Part shown: positions 56,921 through 64,000 of the stretch, piece by piece
Position numbering within the stretch: position 1 is the first letter of the stretch
How the letters are laid out: each line of letters begins with the position of its first letter
NCBI GenBank assembly: GCA_034669905.1
Contig: JAXMOL010000007.1
Location: 128,970-192,969 of the forward strand
Origin: Candidatus Hydrogenedentota bacterium
Lineage (GTDB): Bacteria > Hydrogenedentota > Hydrogenedentia > Hydrogenedentales > JAEUWI01
Reading direction: 5' to 3'
DNA: 64,000 nucleotides
Notes under the pieces: generated by a model
Databases searched by the model: none
Seen by the model: only the letters and a program-made list of their open reading frames with translations
What the model was told of the DNA's origin: nothing
Program-made: the position numbers and the translations under genes

Positions 56921-59196
56921 GTCAGCAAAAAAAACAAAAACTCCCTCCAAACCCATTCAAACTCAAACCAATCAGAAATCTTGAGGACTTGGCAGGGCGT
57001 TCACAGGAGCGAAAGAAGATACGATATTACCTAAATCTTACTGCCTCGGGGGATAGTCCGCACTTGGCCTTGATCGGGCAGAGAGGTGTGGGCAAGACGA
57101 GTTTACTCAACGGGGCAGAGTCTATCGCAAGAGAGTTGAAACTACATCCAGTACGCTTGGACATGAACGAGCTGAAGGCAGAATCTCCAGGGAGGTTTTG
57201 GCAGGACTTGTACCAGGGTTTGGCCTTGTCAATGGCCAAAGTAGGATGTTGGGGTGGTGAGCAGGGAAAACTCTATGGTGAACTCTTAAGAATGATTCAC
57301 TCTCGACAACCAGGAGATATCGAGAATGCAGTAATACAGATTCCGTACCTATTTTCATGCCACCAAGGAGACATAGACAGTTTTGAATGTCCGGATGCTC
57401 TCGTGGTCAACGATATTAATATCTGTTTAACGGAGTTGAAGACTAAAGGGTTTGCCGGCATCGCTTTGCTAATTGATGAAGCCGATTGCTTGGGTAAGAA
57501 CGTTGCGCTAATTCAGATGTTCCGTAATATCTTTCAAGCCGTCGAGGGCTGCTCTCTGGTCCTGGCGGGAACCGAGGCTGTGTTCCCGTCACTATCGGAA
57601 GTTTTTTCGCCGATTCCGCGACAGTTTCATCGAATTGATGTGAAGCCATTTGCCGACATGTCGGATACGATGGAACTAGCTACCAGACCTCTTCGGGAGG
57701 CGGACAGTCGAATTCTTCCAGATTTCGAGTCATGCAAAGAGTTACACGCGCTGTGCGGGGGGGCACCTGATGAAATCCAACTCTATTGCCATCACATGTA
57801 TCGTAGCGTAGAGGATGACTCCTCCGAGTCAATGACTCTGTCGCCACAGGTTTTTCGCGAAGTGCTTTGCGCGTACCGTGCGAACACTCCAGAAAACCTC
57901 GACTCAGTCCTAAACGCAATTGAACGATTGCCGGACAGACTGCTATTTCGCTCAAGGTGGGTGTCACGAAGGGAACTGACGCTTGAAGAGAATATTCAGG
58001 TTACAACGCTAATTGCCGAACTTGATGATAGTGAAGAACTACTAGAGGAAAAAAAGAAGCAAATTTCCGAAGAGATTTCCGAGGGGTATCAAATCCTTTT
58101 TAATGCTGGGATTACCAGTGCTAGCAACCGTATTCGGCTTGCGGGAACCCCCCTAACTTCGGGGTTCTGGAAGTCATTTGTTAAGGCGGAAAGAAATGCG
58201 AAGTGGTCTTGGAACGACAATTCCTTCGCAGAGAACTTGGAACGCATATTTGCTCGTGCGATAAACAAGACCTGCGGACAACTACCTATTATCAATATTC
58301 CCCAAAAGGATGATGCTATCAGGAAATTGGCCAAACTTCGCGAGGGAAAATCTGTCAGTGAGATTGATGATGCTTTTGGGGCGCTCCTATTCACTTGCCT
58401 TATCGCCCGAGAAACCAATGCTACAACGGCTGTTGACTTGGGCCTTGAAATGGAATCTTGCTTCGGTCGCCGAAACTTTGTGGTGCGATTACTTGAGACG
58501 AAGGGAACAAAACTCCAAAAGGACGCGGTCATCCGATGGCTAGATACTCGAAAGTCGATGCTTGACGACTACCGAATCTCTCTATCACTCACACAATTTG
58601 AGCATTGGACAGTTCCTACGAATGAAGAATTGCATAGACTCGGGAGACTTTCGGGACATCAGTTTTTTCTAGACGAATTCGGACCGTCAGAAATGGAGAT
58701 TGCGGTCGATAAGTTTGGGTCTGGAGACGTCCAAGGTTGTATCGATCTGTTCGAACGAATGCTTGCAGACAAGGAAGATCCCCACATCCGAAATAACTTG
58801 GCTTTCTGTCAAATAGTCACCGGGAATATTCAGGATGGACTAGAAAATGCCGACCGAGCACTTCAAGTCGATAATCTTCCACTTTTTGAATTGAATAAGG
58901 GAGTCGCAGAGATCCTTTTGGGCGATTCTGAGTCGGGGCTTGAATCTCTACGTCACGCACTTGAGCGACTCCGTTCGTTAGATGATCCGGACGCTTTCGA
59001 AGCTAGTTACAATATGGTTATTTCGGAGAATGGCGTCGAAGTAAGTTGTCATGAGAATCTGCCTGTTGACGCTGCGCTCCTACTAAATCTCTATCGAATT
59101 GGTGAGCTATCGGAATCAGAACTACAGGAGGAATTGAGCAGAAGGAATCCCGACAGTGTTTCTGATTGGATGGCCATCGTGCTCGGGCCTAAGTAG
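56917..59196 (+). CDS. AAA_16/STAND-type P-loop NTPase with C-terminal TPR-like repeats
   Basis: LAGRSQERKKIRYYL then Walker A GQRGVGKTS. Walker B ALLIDEADCL. C-terminal helical/TPR repeats. 4-nt overlap with the HEPN gene. About 47% GC. Confidence 0.7.
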   Translation: MSQQKKQKLPPNPFKLKPIRNLEDLAGRSQERKKIRYYLNLTASGDSPHLALIGQRGVGKTSLLNGAESIARELKLHPVRLDMNELKAESPGRFWQDLYQGLALSMAKVGCWGGEQGKLYGELLRMIHSRQPGDIENAVIQIPYLFSCHQGDIDSFECPDALVVNDINICLTELKTKGFAGIALLIDEADCLGKNVALIQMFRNIFQAVEGCSLVLAGTEAVFPSLSEVFSPIPRQFHRIDVKPFADMSDTMELATRPLREADSRILPDFESCKELHALCGGAPDEIQLYCHHMYRSVEDDSSESMTLSPQVFREVLCAYRANTPENLDSVLNAIERLPDRLLFRSRWVSRRELTLEENIQVTTLIAELDDSEELLEEKKKQISEEISEGYQILFNAGITSASNRIRLAGTPLTSGFWKSFVKAERNAKWSWNDNSFAENLERIFARAINKTCGQLPIINIPQKDDAIRKLAKLREGKSVSEIDDAFGALLFTCLIARETNATTAVDLGLEMESCFGRRNFVVRLLETKGTKLQKDAVIRWLDTRKSMLDDYRISLSLTQFEHWTVPTNEELHRLGRLSGHQFFLDEFGPSEMEIAVDKFGSGDVQGCIDLFERMLADKEDPHIRNNLAFCQIVTGNIQDGLENADRALQVDNLPLFELNKGVAEILLGDSESGLESLRHALERLRSLDDPDAFEASYNMVISENGVEVSCHENLPVDAALLLNLYRIGELSESELQEELSRRNPDSVSDWMAIVLGPK

Positions 59197-59223
59197 ACAA
59201 ACGATTCAAGGGCAGCATTCAAT

Positions 59224-62200
59224 ATGTCTTATACTTACAGCGAAGACGCCCTGGTGGAACAACCGGCGATTGCCCTGCTCGGGGAACTGGGTTGGGAGAC
59301 GATGAACGCCTATCAGGAGTTTGCCCATGGGGCGAGCGTGCTGGGCCGGGAAACCCGGAATGAAGTCATCCTGACACAACGGTTGCGTCCGGCGTTGGAG
59401 CAGTTAAACCCGGAGTTGCCCCCGGCGGCCATCGATGAAGCCGTGACGGCCCTGCAACGGGACCGCTCGCGCATGAGCCGGGTGGCGGCCAACAAGGAAA
59501 TTTACCACGCCCTCAAGAATGGGGTCCGTGTCACGGTTCCGGACCCCGAGGGGGACGGCGAGATGGTGGCCTTGGTGCGGGTGGTGGACTGGGACATCCC
59601 GGAAAACAATGACTTTCTGCTTTGCTCTCAACTTTGGGTCGCAGGCGAGATGTATACCCGTCGCCCGGACCTCGTGGGCTTCGTCAATGGCCTGCCCCTG
59701 CTCTTTATCGAGCTGAAGGCGGCGCACAAGGGGCTGGAATCGGCCTATAAGGGCAATCTGCGGGATTACAAGGACACTATCCCCCACCTCTTCTGGGCGA
59801 ACGCCCTGATTATCCTTTCCAACGGCAGCGAAAGCCGCCTGGGGAGTGTCTCGGCGGGTTGGGAACACTTTGCCGACTGGAAGAAGATTGGCAGCGAGGA
59901 AGAGACCGCGACGATTTCCCTGGAGACCATGTTGCGGGGAACCTGCGCGCCGGAGCGCTTTCTGGATATTGTGGAGAACTTCACCCTCTTCCAGGATGTG
60001 CCGGGCGGTCAGGTGAAGCTGGTCTCGAAGAACCACCAGTATCTCGGTGTGAACAGCGCCCTGGAAGCCTTGGCGAACGTGCAGGAGCGGGGCGGGCGTC
60101 TGGGCATATTCTGGCACACCCAAGGCAGCGGCAAGAGTGTGTCCATGGTCTTTTTTGCCCAGAAGGTACTCCGCCGGGTTCCCGGCAACTGGACCTTTGT
60201 CGTGGTGACCGACCGCAAGGAACTGGATACCCAGATTTACAAGAATTTCGTCTCGTCGGGCGTGGTCACCGAGGAAGGTGCCCAGGCCACGAGCAGCGCA
60301 GGCTTGCGGCAACTCCTCGCGGAAGACCACCGCTATGTCTTCACCCTGATTCATAAATTTCGGACGGAGCCGGGCACGGCGCACCCCGTGCTCTCTACGC
60401 GTAGCGATATTATCGTCATTGCCGACGAGGCCCACCGGAGCCAATATGACACGATGGCGCTGAACATGCGCACGGCGCTGCCCAATGCCGCCTTTCTGGC
60501 CTTCACCGGCACCCCCCTGATTGTGGGCGAGGAAAAGACGCGGGATGTCTTTGGGGACTATGTCAGCGTCTACGACTTCCGCCAGTCGGTGGAAGACCGG
60601 GCCACGGTTCCGCTGTATTACGAGAATCGCATTCCCGAGCTCCAGTTGGTGAATGAGCATATCAATGAAGACATGGAACGCCTGCTGGAAGACGCGGAGC
60701 TCGACGAGGAGCAGGAGAAGAAGCTGGAGCGGGAGTTTGCGCGGGAATATCACCTGATTACGCGGGACGAGCGTCTGGAGGCCGTGGCCAAGGACCTCGT
60801 GGACCACTTCATTGCGCGGGGATTCCAGGGCAAGGCCATGATGATCTGCATCGACAAGGCCACGGCGGTGCGGATGTATGACAAGGTACAGCGGGCGTGG
60901 GCGGAGCGGCTGGCGGAGGCGGAGGCCGATTTTGACGCGTGGTGTGAGCTGCCCGGCTACGTGATGGGCCCGGAGGAGGAGCCCCCCGAATTGCAGCATG
61001 AGCAGGCGCTGAAGGACCGGATACGTTCGCTCAAGGAGATCGACATGGCGGTGGTGGTGTCGCAGGCCCAGAATGAGATTCGGGATATGAAGGCGAAGGG
61101 GCTGGATATCCTCCCCCACCGGAAGCGCATGGTGGAGGATGACCTGGAAACGAAGTTCAAAGACCCGAAGGATGATCTCCAACTGGTTTTTGTCTGCGCC
61201 ATGTGGATAACGGGCTTTGACGTGCCGAGTTGTTCCACGCTCTATCTGGACAAGCCTATGCGGAACCACACGCTCATGCAGACGATAGCGCGGGCCAACC
61301 GCGTCTTTGCGGGCAAGGTCAACGGGTTGATTGTGGACTATGCGGGGGTGTTCCGAAACCTGGAGAAGGCCCTGGCCATCTATGGCGGAGGTGGTGCCAC
61401 GGAGGGCGGCGAGGACGCAGGTGGTGGGAATCCGGTGGCCGATAAGGGCGTGCTGGTCACGGCGCTGACAGAGGTGATTGCGGAGACCCGCGCCTTGTGC
61501 GAAGAACACGCGGTGGACCTTTTGGCCATCCATGAAGCCGAGGGCTTTGACCGTATCAAGTTAATGGAGGATGCTGTCGAGGCGCTGTTGGTAACTGAAG
61601 CTGTAAAGCGGCGCTACCTGGACCTTTCAAACGGCGTGAAACGGCTCTATAAGGCCATCTTGCCCGATGATTCGGCGGAGGCCTTCGCGGGGGATGTGTT
61701 TGCTATTCAATACGTCGCCGAAAAGATTCGGGCCAAGACCGAAGCGCCGGACATTTCGAGTGTGATGCAGGATGTGGAGGAGCTGCTGGACCAATCCATT
61801 GCCACGGAAGGCTATGTGATTCGCGAAGGCAAGGCGGACTACGGCGAAGAACACTGGATCGACCTGAGCAATGTGGACTTCGACGCGCTTGCTGCCCGGT
61901 TCAAAATCGGGCGCAAGCGAACGATGAGCGAGCAGCTCAAGGTAAGCGTCGCGCAGAAGGTTATCGACATGGTGCGGCAAAACCGGACCCGCATCGATTT
62001 CATGGAGCGTTTCCAGGCGATGATTGATGCCTACAACGCGGGCAGTCTGAATGTCGAAGAATTCTTTAGCCAGTTGGTGGCCTTTGCCCGGAGCCTGGAT
62101 GAGGAAGAACAACGGGGCGTAAGCGAAAACCTGACTGAAGAAGAACTGGTCATCTTTGACCTGTTGACGAAGCCTGCTATTGAGCTGTCGGAAAAGGAAC

Positions 62201-62445
62201 GGGAGAAGGTGCGGTCGGCGGCCCGGGAAATGCTGGAAACGCTCAAGGCGGGCAAGCTGGTCCTTGATTGGCGCAAGCGGCAACAATCACGGGCCGAAGT
62301 ACGCGTGGCCATTGAGACCGTACTGGATGCGCACCTGCCGAGAGCCTACACGCCGGAGCTTTTCGAGCAGAAAGCCACGGAAGTCTTTCAGCACGTCTAC
62401 GAAGCGTACTACGGGGCGGGGCGCGGTGTGTATTTTGGCGCGTAG
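59224..62445 (+). CDS. hsdR: Type I restriction endonuclease subunit
   Basis: HsdR_N (FIELKAAHKG). SF2 helicase motifs (WHTQGSGKS, DEAHRSQ). C-terminal DUF3387-like region. 1073 aa. The 709-aa antisense ORF 59404-61533 is an artefact. Confidence 0.92.
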   Translation: MSYTYSEDALVEQPAIALLGELGWETMNAYQEFAHGASVLGRETRNEVILTQRLRPALEQLNPELPPAAIDEAVTALQRDRSRMSRVAANKEIYHALKNGVRVTVPDPEGDGEMVALVRVVDWDIPENNDFLLCSQLWVAGEMYTRRPDLVGFVNGLPLLFIELKAAHKGLESAYKGNLRDYKDTIPHLFWANALIILSNGSESRLGSVSAGWEHFADWKKIGSEEETATISLETMLRGTCAPERFLDIVENFTLFQDVPGGQVKLVSKNHQYLGVNSALEALANVQERGGRLGIFWHTQGSGKSVSMVFFAQKVLRRVPGNWTFVVVTDRKELDTQIYKNFVSSGVVTEEGAQATSSAGLRQLLAEDHRYVFTLIHKFRTEPGTAHPVLSTRSDIIVIADEAHRSQYDTMALNMRTALPNAAFLAFTGTPLIVGEEKTRDVFGDYVSVYDFRQSVEDRATVPLYYENRIPELQLVNEHINEDMERLLEDAELDEEQEKKLEREFAREYHLITRDERLEAVAKDLVDHFIARGFQGKAMMICIDKATAVRMYDKVQRAWAERLAEAEADFDAWCELPGYVMGPEEEPPELQHEQALKDRIRSLKEIDMAVVVSQAQNEIRDMKAKGLDILPHRKRMVEDDLETKFKDPKDDLQLVFVCAMWITGFDVPSCSTLYLDKPMRNHTLMQTIARANRVFAGKVNGLIVDYAGVFRNLEKALAIYGGGGATEGGEDAGGGNPVADKGVLVTALTEVIAETRALCEEHAVDLLAIHEAEGFDRIKLMEDAVEALLVTEAVKRRYLDLSNGVKRLYKAILPDDSAEAFAGDVFAIQYVAEKIRAKTEAPDISSVMQDVEELLDQSIATEGYVIREGKADYGEEHWIDLSNVDFDALAARFKIGRKRTMSEQLKVSVAQKVIDMVRQNRTRIDFMERFQAMIDAYNAGSLNVEEFFSQLVAFARSLDEEEQRGVSENLTEEELVIFDLLTKPAIELSEKEREKVRSAAREMLETLKAGKLVLDWRKRQQSRAEVRVAIETVLDAHLPRAYTPELFEQKATEVFQHVYEAYYGAGRGVYFGA

Positions 62446-62485
62446 TGGATTGTATAAAGAAAAGAACATTCTGGGAGTTTAGTGC

Positions 62486-62665
62486 GTGTCGATAATTCTG
62501 ATGCTCAATATGAAGGGTGGCGTGGCAAAGACGACCAACGCCGTGGCGATTGCGGAGTGCCTGGCGGACCAAGGGCGAAAGGTGCTGGTGATTGACGCCG
62601 ACCATCAGTGCATGGCGAGTGAGCTCTTAATTGGGGAAGACCGGCTTCTTCGGTGTGAGAAGTGA
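62486..62665 (+). pseudogene. truncated ParA/MinD-like ATPase (N-terminal 59 aa only)
   Basis: Deviant Walker A MKGGVAKTT...VLVIDADHQ followed by an early stop. Confidence 0.5.
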
Positions 62666-63186
62666 AGAGGATCGCTCTGTTTGTGTCATCCGCCTCTACA
62701 CGGGTCAAAACTGCCGATAGTCCCTGCCTGAGAACTGTCCACTGCACTTGAGTAAACCTTATCCGTAAACCTTAGCATTAGTAGTTCAGAGCTTTTCAGG
62801 TATCCGTAGGTAATAGAGAAGGGGGGAAGTGGAGTCGCGTATTTATGTACTTCAAGTGCCATAAGCCTCCGAAACTTGGTCCCCATGGGTTGTCTTGCGG
62901 CTTTTGCGTAGTCTTCAGGTCTTGAGCAAGTAAAACGGTAGCCTATCTAGAGTAATGATTTATCGGAGTTATAAGTCGAGTGGTGAATGCTTGAGAATAT
63001 TTTCAGGACCTTCCCCAATAAATCGTAGTCTTTTTCTGTAAGTTCCTTTCCCCCAGTCACCTACCGGTGTGGAGAAGTGGAACGGGCATTTTTTGGGTAA
63101 TGTTTATAAGATTTGAAGCGGACTCCTCTTTGGGTCAGAATTTGGTTGTCAAAGGCCTAAGTCTAACCCTACCAAGGAGCCCGCCC

Positions 63187-63711
63187 ATGAATAGTAGCAA
63201 GATTGCCTTCAATTTGCGCAAGCGTATCGGTCGTTTTTCGGGTAATGTCTCTAAGAGCCTTTGTTTACCGGCCCAACACTTCGTCGGTGATATGGTTTAC
63301 GGGATTCAGGCGTCGCAGTCGGTGATGCTCTCGGAAGTGGGAAGGGCGTTGGAGGAAGATATCGCGATGATTAAGACGGAGGAGCGTCTTTCACGCAATC
63401 TACAGCGCCCTGACCTGGAAGATACGGTTCAGGACAATGTAATGGCCATGGCAGCAGGGCATATCGGCCAGGACACCCTACTCATTATTGACCCAAGTGA
63501 TATCACCAAAAAGTACGCCAAAAAGATGGAGTATCTGTCGACCGTTCGTGATGGGAGCGCGCACGATTTTGGTCAGGGTTACTGGACGTTGCATATTGTG
63601 GGAACCGACCTGGATTCCAAGAAGATCGTGCCCTTGTATCAACGGTTAAGAAGTGGACCCCGAAAACTGGACAGTGCGTTAAGTGTATCTCCTGACGTAT
63701 TCTTTCAATGA
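63187..63711 (+). mobile_element. IS4-family (IS10-like) transposase N-terminal fragment
   Basis: LLIIDPSDITKK...DGSAHDFGQGYWTLH matches the IS10 LVVDWSDIREK first-Asp region. The rest of the DDE domain is absent. Confidence 0.5.
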
Positions 63712-63724
63712 AGGAGATAGAAAT

Positions 63725-64000
63725 ATGCGACGTAAACGACGGAATCATGCCCCGGCATTTAAGGCAAAAGTAGCGTTGGCGGCTTTGTCCGAAGAAGGCA
63801 CCTTGGCAGAGTTGGCGGAACGCTTTGATGTACACCCGAACCAGGTGAAGCAGTGGAAACAGCAGCTTTCTGAGCAAGCGGTTGGTGTCTTTGACTCGAC
63901 GGATGACACTCGTCGGTTGAACGAGGCCGACACGGAAAAGCTCCACGCCAAGATTGGACAGCTGACGCTTGAAAATGATTTTTTAGCCAAAGCGCTCGGG
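63725..64000 (+). mobile_element. IS3-family transposase orfA (HTH), partial at window end
   Basis: AAGGAG Shine-Dalgarno. Encodes [48 protein letters not shown]...[15 protein letters not shown] (Transposase_8/IS3 OrfA pattern). Confidence 0.7.

Noticed and set aside
59404-61533. 709-aa minus-strand ORF inside hsdR
   Set aside because: Antisense to a canonical HsdR with intact helicase motifs. It is a high-GC artefact.

Overview
This is a GC-rich (about 60-62%) bacterial chromosomal segment. The gene content (many ECF sigma/anti-sigma pairs, a sialidase-like BNR protein, abundant TPR proteins) suggests a Gram-negative, possibly PVC-like or Acidobacteria-like organism, but taxonomy cannot be fixed from this alone. 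Positions 1-7.4 kb and 22.8-43.1 kb are dominated by cell-surface glycan biosynthesis. They hold a carbamoyltransferase with DUF5989 and SxtJ-like partners, a nucleotide-sugar dehydrogenase, a Wzz/GumC-like co-polymerase and a WecA/MraY-family transferase. They also hold three polyprenyl-glycosylphosphotransferase paralogs (one C-terminally truncated), a Wzy/O-antigen-ligase-TPR fusion, GT4/GT2 glycosyltransferases, an epimerase, rmlD, a Wzx flippase, and an FHA-GAF sigma-54 activator. That activator is followed by a near-consensus sigma-54 promoter that appears to drive a 58-aa ORF. Housekeeping genes lie between the two glycan regions: eda, tpx, ftsY, cysS, uppP, a REC-PAS-GGDEF protein, a metallophosphoesterase and ECF sigma/anti-sigma pairs. 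After a tRNA-Phe/tRNA-Thr pair at about 49.4 kb the sequence changes character into a lower-GC, mosaic region that looks like an integrated defense island. It starts with a 1.3-kb non-coding gap and two tandem paralogous 2-TM coiled-coil proteins. A Type I R-M locus (hsdM, hsdS with an unusual C-terminal extension, hsdR) follows. A low-GC Swt1-like HEPN gene, translationally coupled to an AAA_16/STAND-type ATPase with TPR repeats, is inserted between hsdS and hsdR. I rate this insertion the best candidate for an undescribed defense module. The island's distal edge carries a truncated parA-like gene, an IS4(IS10)-like transposase fragment and an IS3-family orfA. A family of GC-rich palindromic, MITE/REP-like intergenic repeats occurs at 38.0-38.4 kb and 43.1 kb. 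Many long antisense ORFs in the six-frame track are high-GC artefacts.
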